Source: Methylophilaceae bacterium
Lineage (GTDB): Bacteria; Pseudomonadota; Gammaproteobacteria; Burkholderiales; Methylophilaceae
DNA length: 64,000 nt
Direction of reading: 5' to 3'
Assembly: GCA_018398995.1 (NCBI GenBank)
Contig: CP073759.1
Coordinates: forward strand, 1,130,311 to 1,194,310
Each line of letters begins with the position of its first letter. The first letter of the stretch is position 1. The notes beneath the pieces were generated by a model, which was not told where the DNA came from, did no database searches, and saw only the letters and a list, made by a program, of their open reading frames with translations. This document shows, one piece after another, positions 1 through 8,847 of the stretch. A program made the translations under genes and the position numbers.

Positions 1-493
1 TGCTAAACTAATCAAATAGCCGCACAGTGATTCATTCAAAGTGGCAGTATGTTCTGTTCATGCGTTTGATTGACTACGGTGCGCGTGCTATCCACTTAGC
101 AATAGACCGCTGATCAAGAAGCTGAGTTGGCACCAGTCGATTTGGCGTTGGCTAGGCAGAGAATGCTATTATCAATCAAATAACGATTAGCCAAGTAATC
201 GCTGGTATCACTGGCGTGTTGAAGCGTTTCCTATTTCTAGACGTGAGATAGAAACCAATAGCGCCAATATGCCTTTAATACCCGCCTTGCCAGCCATTGC
301 GCAAAGCATTCAGTCGGTAAAGGCAGGGCAAAGGGTCAATTTTTCTGCTTGTTTAGTCGAAGTCACCCAGCCAAAGAGCAACTGGCGCTGGAAAAGCCCA
401 TTGACCAGAAGTGACACTGGAGCAGGTGCTTGTGAGGTGAAATTGGTTAAATCGTTTAGCCTGCAAACATCATCAACTTGATGCTTCAATAGA

Positions 494-1753
494 TCAATCT
501 TTAACTGATAAATAAGGCGCAATCATAATCAACATTTTTTGTGTTGCCCCGGTGGCAGATTGGCTGTAAGCAATGGCTGCTTTGCCCATCTCTTCACCTT
601 GTTTACGATGTTGTAAAAACGTTTGTATCTGTTTACGTAAGTCATTCACATCATGCACGCGAATAGCCGCACCAAACTCAATGGCGTCATTCGTGGCTTC
701 GGCAAAATTAAAGGTATGTGGTCCGATTAAAATAGGCTTACCCATCACTGCTGCTTCAATTAAATTTTGCCCACCAAAATCGCGCAAACTACCACCGATA
801 AACGTAAAATCGCAGGCGGCGTAGTAATAATACAACTCACCCATGCTGTCGCCCAACACCACTTGGGTTGCTGTGGAGATAGGCTCAGTTAGCATATGAC
901 GGCGCACAAATGCTAGTTTGCGTTGTTTAAGTAAATGAGCCACTTCATCAAATCGCTGTGGATGGCGCGGCACGATGACCGTTAATAATGCCAAATCTTG
1001 AACCGCATCTAAAATCAGTGCTTCTTCACCTTCGCGGGTGCTCGCCGCCAAAAAGATAGGTCTCTCATCACCCAATAGCTGACGTAATTGGCCGCCCTTT
1101 TCTTTACTATCAGTAGGTGGTTTTACATCAAATTTTAGATTGCCAGTTACGTTGATATTAGTTGCGCCTAGTGCCGCTAATCGTTTTGCATCATTTAATG
1201 TTTGTGCCCCAATCGCCTGTAAGCTACTTAAGCCATGACGCGCTAGAGTGCCCAACTTGGCGTAGCCAGTTGCTGATCGTTCTGACAACCTTGCATTCAT
1301 CAATAACAAAGGAACATTACTCTTTTTGCAGGCGGCAATTAGGTTAAACCAAAGCTCAGTTTCCATTAACAAACCAATGTGCGGCTTAAAGTGCTGTAAA
1401 AAGCGTCGCACTGCAAATGGCACATCGTAAGGCAAATAAACACGTAACACATCATCTGCCAACAAATGCGCGCTAGTCGCACGACCTGTTGGCGTTGTGT
1501 GGGATAACAGTATTTGATAGGTCGGATATGCTTGTCTAAGTGCTTTGATTAACGGCATTGCCGCGTTGGTTTCACCAACCGAAACACAATGTAACCAAAT
1601 AATAGGCTTGTCTGGCATTACATGATAAAAACCAAATCGCTCCAGCCAATGCTGTCGATAAGCTGGCTGTTTAATGCCGCGCCACCATAATTTAAACGGT
1701 ACCAATGGTAAAACGAAGTAAAGTAAACATGTATATAAAAATCTTGGCATCAC
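494..1753 (-). CDS. waaA: 3-deoxy-D-manno-octulosonic acid (Kdo) transferase
   Basis: 419-aa track ORF; N-terminal membrane anchor followed by glycosyltransferase family 30 style sequence (WLHCVSVGE, PRHPQRF, GGSL..GGQN). Family recognised by eye. Confidence 0.88.
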   Translation of the reverse strand: MMPRFLYTCLLYFVLPLVPFKLWWRGIKQPAYRQHWLERFGFYHVMPDKPIIWLHCVSVGETNAAMPLIKALRQAYPTYQILLSHTTPTGRATSAHLLADDVLRVYLPYDVPFAVRRFLQHFKPHIGLLMETELWFNLIAACKKSNVPLLLMNARLSERSATGYAKLGTLARHGLSSLQAIGAQTLNDAKRLAALGATNINVTGNLKFDVKPPTDSKEKGGQLRQLLGDERPIFLAASTREGEEALILDAVQDLALLTVIVPRHPQRFDEVAHLLKQRKLAFVRRHMLTEPISTATQVVLGDSMGELYYYYAACDFTFIGGSLRDFGGQNLIEAAVMGKPILIGPHTFNFAEATNDAIEFGAAIRVHDVNDLRKQIQTFLQHRKQGEEMGKAAIAYSQSATGATQKMLIMIAPYLSVKD

Positions 1754-2002
1754 TTATTTTCTCATAAAACATTCACGACCAACCCCCGACATTACAATCT
1801 TGATGATGAATGACGGATGCAAAGTGTAGTATTGTTGTCTATTCCTCTATTTTTTATATTGCATATCAATGTTGGTGGTCGCTTACATTAGCTGTGTTCT
1901 AGTCGGAGCTTAGCTTTGCTTTCTATGCCCAAAAATGGTGCAAAATGTCGTTGTAAAAAAGGGTTGCAAAACACATGATAAAGGCATAAATTATCACCGA
2001 TG

Positions 2003-2018
2003 ACACAATATGTTGTGT
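2003..2018 (+). promoter_or_regulatory. NrdR box upstream of nrdJ
   Basis: ACACAATATGTTGTGT is a perfect palindrome matching the NrdR-box consensus acaCwAtATaTwGtgt, 121 nt upstream of the nrdJ ATG. A weaker half-site ACACAT at 1971-1976 gives 32-bp centre spacing. Confidence 0.6.
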
Positions 2019-2138
2019 TGAAGAGCCGCTTTTTGCTGATGTAAATAACGATTATTTATATAAATCAAAAAGTTAGATTACAGTAAGACGAAAGTGCTGT
2101 AAAAATACAGTATAAATAGAATAAAAGTGGGAGCAAGT

Positions 2139-4316
2139 ATGCTAAAAGCAGTAGAGCAGTCAAAAAAATCCAGCGCGCAAGACAGTGTCAACGATAGTAA
2201 AGACATTCCAATCCAATCCGTTTCTTTGGATATCTGGGATAAAAAATATTGCCTTAAAACCAAAAATGGTGAGCCAGTTGATAAAAACATGGATGATTCT
2301 TACTCGCGAGTGGCACGTGCCTTGGCGGATGTAGAAACCACTGAAGAAAAACAACAACATTGGCATGAAAAGTTTTTATGGGCGTTGCGCCATGGCGCTA
2401 TTCCTGCTGGTCGTATTACCTCAAACGCGGGTGCGCTAGAGCACAAGCCAGCCACTTCTACCATTAACTGTACCGTTTCTGGCGTGGTAGAAGACAGCAT
2501 GGATAATATTTTAGATAAAGTACACGAGGCTGGTTTAACGCTTAAAGCAGGTTGCGGCATCGGCTACGAATTCTCTACGCTAAGACCAAAAGGCGCATTT
2601 GTTGCAGGCGCTGGCGCACATACCAGCGGCCCTTTATCTTTTATGGATATCTACGACAAAATGTGTTTCACCGTGTCATCTGCGGGTGGTCGTCGAGGTG
2701 CGCAAATGGCAACGTTTGATATTAGCCATCCAGATGTTACCGATTTTATTAAAGCCAAACGTGAAGATGGTCGTTTGCGTCAATTCAACCTTTCATGTCT
2801 CATTACCAAAGAGTTTATGGAAGCGGTTAAAGCTGATGCTGAATGGAAGCTGGCTTTTCCAGTGACAGAAAAAGAGGCCATTGTTGATGGTTTAGACACC
2901 AATAATGCGGAACAAGTGGTATGGCGCGAATGGCCAATTAAAGGCAAATACCTCACCAAAGAAAAAGGCGTTGATGCAGGTAAAGTTGCTTGCCGTGTTT
3001 ACAAAACCATTAAAGCGCGCAATTTGTGGAATGTGATTATGTCTAGCACATACGATTTTGCAGAGCCTGGTTTTATCTTGATTGATCGCGTCAATGAAAT
3101 GAACAACAACTGGTTCTGCGAAAACATCCGCGCAACCAATCCGTGTGGCGAGCAACCATTGCCACCTTACGGCGCTTGTTTACTAGGCTCGGTTAATCTA
3201 ACCAAGTTTGTTAAAAAACCATTCACCGATGAAGCTTATTTTGATTGGGCAGAATATAAAGAAGTGGTTGCTATCTTCACTAGAATGCTGGATAACGTCG
3301 TCGAAATTAACGGATTACCACTCGAAAAACAACGTGAAGAAATTGCCCGTAAACGCCGTCATGGCATGGGTTATTTGGGTTTAGGTTCAACCTTAACCAT
3401 GATGAAGCAAAAATATGGCGATGAAGCCTCACTTAAATTTACAGAAGAAGTGACCCGCGTCATGGCAGAAGTAGGCTGGGAAGTTGGCGTGCAACTAGCA
3501 GAAGAAAAAGGCCCAGCGCCTATTATGGATGAGAAATTTGTTGTCACAGCAGACATGCTCGCTAAACGTCCAGAAATGGCGGCAGATGGTATTAAAGTGG
3601 GTAACAAAATTGCAGGTAAAGTATTGCTGGGTAAATATAGTCGCTATATGCAGCAGTTCCCAGTTGGCTTGCGTAACCAAATTGCAGACAAAGGCGTGCG
3701 CTTTACCCACCATAGTTCAATCGCGCCAACAGGCACCATTTCATTGTCATTAGCCAATAACGCCAGCAACGGCATTGAGCCAAGTTTTGCCCATCACTAC
3801 AACCGTAACGTAATTCGTGAAGGTAAAAAATCGAAAGAGAAAGTCGATGTGTTCTCATTCGAGCTATTGGCTTACCGCGAATTGATTAATCCAAAAGCCA
3901 TGCCGTTTGGTCAGTCAGAAGAAGAAAAATTGCCCGATTACTTTATGGACTCCTCTAATATTAAAGCCAAAGCGCATGTGGATATTCAAGCTGCCGCACA
4001 AAAATGGATTGATAGCTCCATCTCAAAAACCATTAACGTGCCAACCGATTATGATTTTGAAGATTTCAAAAACATCTATCTATACGCATACGACAAAGGC
4101 TTAAAAGGTTGCACCACCTTCCGTTTTAACCCAGAAGCATTCCAAGGCGTGTTGGTGACAGAGAAAGATTTAGAAAACACCACTTATAAATTTACGCTAG
4201 ATGACGGCACTGAAATTGAAGCCAAGGGTAATGAAGAGATTGAGTATGATGGGGAGATTCATAGTGCAGCCAACTTGTACGATGCTCTAAAAGAGGGATA
4301 CTACGGCAAATTTTAA
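2139..4316 (+). CDS. nrdJa: adenosylcobalamin-dependent (class II) ribonucleotide reductase, large N-terminal subunit NrdJa
   Basis: Track ORF 2127..4316 starts at a GTG; the ATG at 2139 has GGGAG 5 nt upstream. Class II RNR hallmarks include the NPCGEQPL thiyl-radical Cys loop. The usual C-terminal part is missing and is encoded by the next ORF. Confidence 0.9.
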   Translation: MLKAVEQSKKSSAQDSVNDSKDIPIQSVSLDIWDKKYCLKTKNGEPVDKNMDDSYSRVARALADVETTEEKQQHWHEKFLWALRHGAIPAGRITSNAGALEHKPATSTINCTVSGVVEDSMDNILDKVHEAGLTLKAGCGIGYEFSTLRPKGAFVAGAGAHTSGPLSFMDIYDKMCFTVSSAGGRRGAQMATFDISHPDVTDFIKAKREDGRLRQFNLSCLITKEFMEAVKADAEWKLAFPVTEKEAIVDGLDTNNAEQVVWREWPIKGKYLTKEKGVDAGKVACRVYKTIKARNLWNVIMSSTYDFAEPGFILIDRVNEMNNNWFCENIRATNPCGEQPLPPYGACLLGSVNLTKFVKKPFTDEAYFDWAEYKEVVAIFTRMLDNVVEINGLPLEKQREEIARKRRHGMGYLGLGSTLTMMKQKYGDEASLKFTEEVTRVMAEVGWEVGVQLAEEKGPAPIMDEKFVVTADMLAKRPEMAADGIKVGNKIAGKVLLGKYSRYMQQFPVGLRNQIADKGVRFTHHSSIAPTGTISLSLANNASNGIEPSFAHHYNRNVIREGKKSKEKVDVFSFELLAYRELINPKAMPFGQSEEEKLPDYFMDSSNIKAKAHVDIQAAAQKWIDSSISKTINVPTDYDFEDFKNIYLYAYDKGLKGCTTFRFNPEAFQGVLVTEKDLENTTYKFTLDDGTEIEAKGNEEIEYDGEIHSAANLYDALKEGYYGKF

Positions 4317-4342
4317 GCTGCTACGCTCGGGATTGCGTTGTT

Positions 4343-4402
4343 GAAAATTGGTTTTAAATCCTCATGTACTCAAATGTACATTCCGGTTCAAAACCAATTT
4401 TC
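4343..4402. repeat. 60-nt palindromic element in the nrdJa-nrdJb spacer
   Basis: GAAAATTGGTTTT (4343-4355) is the exact reverse complement of AAAACCAATTTTC (4390-4402). The interior contains CATGTAC...GTACAT sub-palindromes. Confidence 0.5.
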
Positions 4403-4442
4403 GCCTAGCACTCCCATCGCTCGCGACGCTTAAAAACTAAAG

Positions 4443-4536
4443 CGTCATTCCGACGAAGGTCGGAATCCAGTGACTTAAAGTATTAAAAGAGTGTAAAAAC
4501 AAAGACGCTAGATTCCATGTCAAGCATGGAATGACG
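4443..4536. repeat. REP/MITE-like element with inverted termini and two ATTCC-N10/11-GGAAT hairpins
   Basis: Termini CGTCATTCC (4443-4451) and GGAATGACG (4528-4536). Internal hairpins ATTCCGACGAAGGTCGGAAT and ATTCCATGTCAAGCATGGAAT. A related copy lies at 7872-7949. Confidence 0.6.
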
Positions 4537-4587
4537 ACAATTAACGAAGGAACGGGAAAGCCAAAAAGACCCCATAGGAGAGAAAAA

Positions 4588-5283
4588 ATGGCAATTAAAA
4601 TTGATAAAAAAATCACTGGTTACAACCTAGTCACGCCAGAAAGCAAAGCTGAAAAAGCCAAAGCTGATGAGGCGGCAAAAAGTAATGTAGTGCAAATGGG
4701 CGAGCCGTTAAGCCGTCCAGATGAATTGGTGGGTAACACCTATAAAATCAAAACACCAGTCACAGAGCATGCGCTATACATCACCATTAACGATATCGTG
4801 ATGAACGCAGGCACACCACAAGAGCATCGCCGTCCGTTTGAAGTGTTTATCAACTCCAAAAACATGGAGCACTTTCAATGGATCGTGGCGCTAACCCGCG
4901 TCATGTCTGCCGTGTTCCGCAAAGGTGGCGATGTCACCTTCTTGGTAGAAGAGCTAAAAAGCGTATTCGAACCAAGTGGCGGTTACTTTAAAAAAGGCGG
5001 CAAATTTGTACCTAGCCTAGTCGCAGAAATTGGCGAAGTGGTAGAAAAGCACTTGCAAAATATCGGCATGCTAGAAAAAGCAGGTTTAGACGAACACCAA
5101 CAAAAATTGGTGGATGAGAAAAAAGCAGAATACCTAGAAAAAGCTGCCGAAAGCGGCGAAGCCATGAACGACGAAGGCTACCCAAAAGGCGCAACCCTCT
5201 GTAAAAAATGTAACACCAAAGCCAGCATTATTATGGATGGGTGTTTGACTTGCTTGAATTGTGGTGAAAGTAAGTGCGGTTAG
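4588..5283 (+). CDS. nrdJb: class II ribonucleotide reductase C-terminal subunit NrdJb
   Basis: Track ORF 4531..5283; the ATG at 4588 is preceded by AGGAGA. Matches the C-terminal region of monomeric NrdJ (TYKIKTP, LYITIND, EVFINSK) and ends in a Cys4 zinc ribbon, CKKC..CLTCLNC. Confidence 0.8.
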   Translation: MAIKIDKKITGYNLVTPESKAEKAKADEAAKSNVVQMGEPLSRPDELVGNTYKIKTPVTEHALYITINDIVMNAGTPQEHRRPFEVFINSKNMEHFQWIVALTRVMSAVFRKGGDVTFLVEELKSVFEPSGGYFKKGGKFVPSLVAEIGEVVEKHLQNIGMLEKAGLDEHQQKLVDEKKAEYLEKAAESGEAMNDEGYPKGATLCKKCNTKASIIMDGCLTCLNCGESKCG

Positions 5284-5285
5284 AT

Positions 5286-5311
5286 TAAAAAGGAGCTTCG
5301 GCTCCTTTTTT
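5286..5311 (+). terminator. rho-independent terminator after nrdJb
   Basis: AAAAAGGAGC-TTCG-GCTCCTTTTTT hairpin with a T-run, 3 nt after the stop codon. Confidence 0.75.
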
Positions 5312-5344
5312 GTAATTTATAACTTTAATAATACGAATAATTAA

Positions 5345-6172
5345 ATGAAATCAAAAGTCCAGAGAGTGCTTATTCTTTGTAAAACTTACCCCTCACCAAG
5401 TGCTAAGTATTCTGAAACGTCATGCGTTGCGGGTATGGATGATAGTGGAAATTTAATCAGATTATATCCAGTTCCTTTTAGATTGGTTAGTGATGACAGA
5501 CAGTTTAAAAAATGGCAATGGATAAATGTAAGGCTTGAAAAAGCGAGTAAAGATCATAGGCCTGAAAGTCACAAATTATATGTTGATACAATAGAGTGTG
5601 ATGATAAACCACTTTCAACAAAGAATCTTTGGCGAGATAGGCGTGTATATTTAGATAAAATTCAGAAATTTAATAATTTCGATGAACTAGAGGATGCAAG
5701 GAACAAGCATGGAACTAGCCTAGCATTATTAAAACCTGAAAAAATTATTTCTTTGGAAATTAAGGCAGTAGATAATCCAGAGTGGTCTGAACAAGAAAAG
5801 CAAAAATTGCTATCTCTGCAACAACAAGGAAATTTGTTTGATGATACAGACGAAAAAAGTATTAGGCTTTTAAGAAAGCTTCCATACGACTTTCATTATA
5901 TTTATGAGTGTAATATAGGTGATGAAAAGCTTAGATATAAACACAAAATTGTTGATTGGGAGGTTGGTGCTTTATTTTGGAATGTTTATGCGCAACATAA
6001 AAAAGATTGGGAAATACCATTCCGTAAAATGATTGAGGAAAACCTAGCAAAATCGGACTTAATGTTTCTTATGGGAACAATACACAGATTTCCTAATCAA
6101 TGGTTGATAGTAAGTTTGATTTACCCACCTATGCAGCAACCCGAACAGGTAGCTCAGCAATCATTGTTTTAG
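5345..6172 (+). CDS. hypothetical protein (low-GC islet)
   Basis: 275-aa ORF with clean coding periodicity and no family I can name. Visibly more AT-rich than its neighbours. Its 3' end overlaps the convergent DUF488 gene by 44 nt. Confidence 0.6.
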   Translation: MKSKVQRVLILCKTYPSPSAKYSETSCVAGMDDSGNLIRLYPVPFRLVSDDRQFKKWQWINVRLEKASKDHRPESHKLYVDTIECDDKPLSTKNLWRDRRVYLDKIQKFNNFDELEDARNKHGTSLALLKPEKIISLEIKAVDNPEWSEQEKQKLLSLQQQGNLFDDTDEKSIRLLRKLPYDFHYIYECNIGDEKLRYKHKIVDWEVGALFWNVYAQHKKDWEIPFRKMIEENLAKSDLMFLMGTIHRFPNQWLIVSLIYPPMQQPEQVAQQSLF

Positions 6173-6599
6173 CGGTAATATGACTAACTTTAACCCCATC
6201 TAGGTTTTGACAGGCACGCGCAATTAAACTTCTATGACATAAATTGAAGTCGGCCTCAAAGCAAATTAAGCACGCTGATGTCGAGTGTGATATTTTCGAA
6301 AGCTCTTTAATTGCTGAAGTTTGGGTTGCCAAATAGGCATTAAACTCTTTAGTGTATTCAGACCAGCTTGAATTTAGTTTATATGCATTTCTAATAGGTT
6401 TCGGACAACCTAAGGCTGGCATATGCGCATAGGCAATGCCAGCGGCATGAAGATTAGCAGCAAAAGATTTTTTTGAGAAACCTTTTTTTCTAGATAGCGG
6501 TAGTTCTCTTACATCTATAATTGTTTTAACGCCAGTTTCTTTTAGCCTATTAATAAAACTCTCTATCGTCAGACCTTCATAACCAAATGTATACAGCAT
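6129..6599 (-). CDS. DUF488 family protein
   Basis: 156 aa. The N-terminus LYTFGYEG..IDVRELPLSRKKGFSK and the LGCP motif are typical of DUF488. Confidence 0.8.
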   Translation of the reverse strand: MLYTFGYEGLTIESFINRLKETGVKTIIDVRELPLSRKKGFSKKSFAANLHAAGIAYAHMPALGCPKPIRNAYKLNSSWSEYTKEFNAYLATQTSAIKELSKISHSTSACLICFEADFNLCHRSLIARACQNLDGVKVSHITAKTMIAELPVRVAA

Positions 6600-6779
6600 A
6601 ATTTCCCCTCAAACTTAAGCGAATGATAATGCATTAAGAATCTTAAGCAAAGTATTGTTACAATTAAGAACTAATTGAGTGAGCCAAATAGGGTGGGTAG
6701 GCTGTGCACGCGTTTGGTTAACTTTGAACGATTGTTAAGCGTGGGCAAACAAGTTGCCCACCCTACTTGGGTAAATTAG

Positions 6780-7004
6780 ATGGTACGACCTATGGAAAAT
6801 AACGAAGAAGCAATTATAGAATTACAAACAAAGCTATCATTTCAAGAGGATTTATTGGAAAGCCTTAACCAAGTCGTTATTGAGCAGCAAGGCCAGATTG
6901 CAAAACTACAGCGCACGGTTGAGTCGATGATAGGGCAAATGGATAGCATGCAAAGCGCGATGCAGGAGAATGGACAGCAGCATGAGATACCGCCGCATTA
7001 TTAA
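6780..7004 (+). CDS. slyX: SlyX family protein
   Basis: 74-aa coiled-coil protein ending in PPHY like E. coli SlyX. An alternative start exists at 6792. Confidence 0.8.
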   Translation: MVRPMENNEEAIIELQTKLSFQEDLLESLNQVVIEQQGQIAKLQRTVESMIGQMDSMQSAMQENGQQHEIPPHY

Positions 7005-7185
7005 CGTTTTCAATTGTTCTAAAACCAAATCAATGGTATCAAAAGGCTTAGCTCAGTATTAAATCAGTATTAAAAAAGTCCACCAATCTCATCTGGCATA
7101 CCGCATCCGTAAACGGTATTACAAACAATCTAAAGCCAATAAGTTGGTAAGTTTGTGGTGACAACCTAATACGCCATACGCGGGC

Positions 7186-7294
7186 TTGACTAAAAATTAG
7201 AAAGCGTTATATTGCGAGAACAACTCACCTCTAGGGAAGTTTATTAAGTTAAATGATCCTCTGAGGCGAAAAAACCACCGCAAGGTGGTTTTTT
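7186..7294 (+). ncRNA. candidate small RNA (orphan promoter plus terminator)
   Basis: TTGACT (7186-7191), 16-nt spacer, TATATT (7208-7213). About 55 nt later comes the hairpin AAAAAACCACC-GCAA-GGTGGTTTTTT (7269-7294). No ORF longer than 3 codons lies between them. Confidence 0.3.
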
Positions 7295-7512
7295 CATTTA
7301 TAAAACAAAATAATGTGGGTTAGCTCAGACCATGATTTCCGCAATCAATCAATGGATTTGCCTGAACAGTCAATCAATAGATTCAGCTCGCACATAACGG
7401 ATAAGCCAACTGTAATCCGCCACGCGAAACTAGCAAAAAATCACAAATCGACTTTTCTTGACCATTACAAAATGGATTGCGTTGTCGCTTTACTACTCGC
7501 AAAGACTGAGAA

Positions 7513-7794
7513 TTATTGGGTAATTTCCACGCCCTTCCAAAAAGCTAAGCAGTCTTTGATGTTGGTGGCTTGTTCTTTTGGGGTGTTGTAAACCCATGCT
7601 GCGTTTTCATTTACCTTACCATCAACCGCGATGGAGTAATAGTTTGCCACGCCTTTCCAGCCGCAGGTGGTGGTGTGGTCGGTTTTGGTTAAATAGCTAT
7701 GGTGAATGGATTCCGGTGGAAAGTAGTGATTGCCTTCTACCACAATTGTATTGTTTGATTCTGCGATGACTTGGTTGTTCCAAATTGCTTTCAT
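7513..7794 (-). CDS. DUF427 domain protein
   Basis: 93 aa; NHYFPPE and CGWKG..YY motifs are typical of DUF427. Confidence 0.8.
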   Translation of the reverse strand: MKAIWNNQVIAESNNTIVVEGNHYFPPESIHHSYLTKTDHTTTCGWKGVANYYSIAVDGKVNENAAWVYNTPKEQATNIKDCLAFWKGVEITQ

Positions 7795-7871
7795 GTGGGC
7801 CTCTGGTGTTAATCGTTAGGTAAAGCGTTAAAACGCTTACTATTGACAAGCTAAGTTGACTAAACGTTCGC

Positions 7872-7949
7872 TGTCACTCCCGCGAAGGTGGGAATCCATA
7901 TTAACAATCTTGACATTCAAAATAGATGAACATTGTCATGGGAATGACG
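7872..7949. repeat. second copy of the REP/MITE-like ATTCC/GGAAT element
   Basis: GTCACTCCCGCGAAGGTGGGAATCCA ... CATGGGAATGACG has the same architecture and end sequences as 4443-4536. Confidence 0.55.
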
Positions 7950-8056
7950 GGCTAGCTATCGTAGCGGTTTTTGTCGCATGGTTGTTCTTTGGTTGGAATA
8001 GGTAAGACAGATTGAGTTTGCAGTGACTTGTTGTTTGAATGATTGAGATGAAGGCA

Positions 8057-8085
8057 TAAAAAAACGGGCATTTGCCCGTTTTTTG
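8057..8085 (-). terminator. bidirectional rho-independent terminator
   Basis: AAAAAAAACGGGC-ATTT-GCCCGTTTTTT, 22 nt downstream of the minus-strand gene ending at 8107. Confidence 0.7.
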
Positions 8086-8106
8086 TTAACCGCTATGAAT
8101 CAAATA

Positions 8107-8445
8107 TTAATCAAACTGATAGTTCATATTTGGACGTTTGCTTGTAAATTGACGATTTAATCTTTTGCTTGTGTTAGCTTCTTGTTCATCCACATAAGTT
8201 GCGCCAACCCAATTTTCATCTGCATTGTAAGCATCTTTATTGTTTACGGCTGGGTTATGCGCAGCCCTTCTGCTGATAAATTTAAGTCTTGTTGCATTGT
8301 GGACAACCTCATCTGCTGAAGTGGCTGCTAGGTGTATTTTTTCTGCCATTTGATTAGTTGCTGCCTGCTCGCCGTTTGATTGGTTTGCATATGCATTGAT
8401 TGATACAGTTAATAAAAGTGCGCTTAGTAGTGATAATGTTTTCAT
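8107..8445 (-). CDS. secreted hypothetical protein
   Basis: The internal ATG at 8445 is preceded by AGGAGAA and gives a signal peptide MKTLSLLSALLLTVSINAYA. The track ORF extends to 8574. Confidence 0.6.
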   Translation of the reverse strand: MKTLSLLSALLLTVSINAYANQSNGEQAATNQMAEKIHLAATSADEVVHNATRLKFISRRAAHNPAVNNKDAYNADENWVGATYVDEQEANTSKRLNRQFTSKRPNMNYQFD

Positions 8446-8775
8446 TTTATTTCTCCTAAAGTGTTTGTTTAAACTGTAAAGCCCTTCTAACTGAATTGCT
8501 TTACCATGAAACGTATTCTGCGCTTGTAGGGTCAATAGAAAATCTACTGATATCCCTATAATGGTATATACCAAACGGCATATTTGGATGGTAATAAGAT
8601 GCTTAAGCTTGTGATTGCTGATGCCTGTTGTGTTCTTTTAATCAGTGGTTGATCATGAATTTACTGAGTCTGTGTTCATGAACTTAAATAGGGTATTTTT
8701 TTCTGTGAGGCCGATAATGTTGTTAACGAGATAGACATTTTGTTTACTCGAAACCAAATGACTCAGGAGAATATT

Positions 8776-8847
8776 ATGTGGACAACACCAGCAGCTACAG
8801 AAATGCGTTTTGGCTTTGAAGTAACAATGTACGTAATGAACAAATAA
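8776..8847 (+). CDS. pqqA: pyrroloquinoline quinone precursor peptide PqqA (orphan copy 1)
   Basis: Not in the ORF track (23 aa). AGGAGA lies 5 nt upstream. Peptide MWTTPAATEMRFGFEVTMYVMNK carries the PqqA E-x3-Y motif (EVTMY). An identical peptide is encoded at 58014-58085 with 5 synonymous differences. Confidence 0.88.
   Translation: MWTTPAATEMRFGFEVTMYVMNK

Noticed and set aside
1-522. Track ORFs 269..481 (+) and 310..522 (-), and the possibility of a partial gene at the left edge
   Set aside because: All six frames hit stops within a few codons of position 1. The two 70-aa ORFs are mutually antisense, have no SD and resemble no family. I treat 1-493 as non-coding or decayed sequence downstream of waaA.
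1754-2126. Possible cobalamin riboswitch upstream of the B12-dependent nrdJ
   Set aside because: No B12-box-like sequence is visible. The only convincing element is the NrdR box.
7313-7591. 92-aa plus-strand ORF
   Set aside because: It overlaps the well-supported DUF427 gene on the opposite strand, has no SD, and has an implausible composition.
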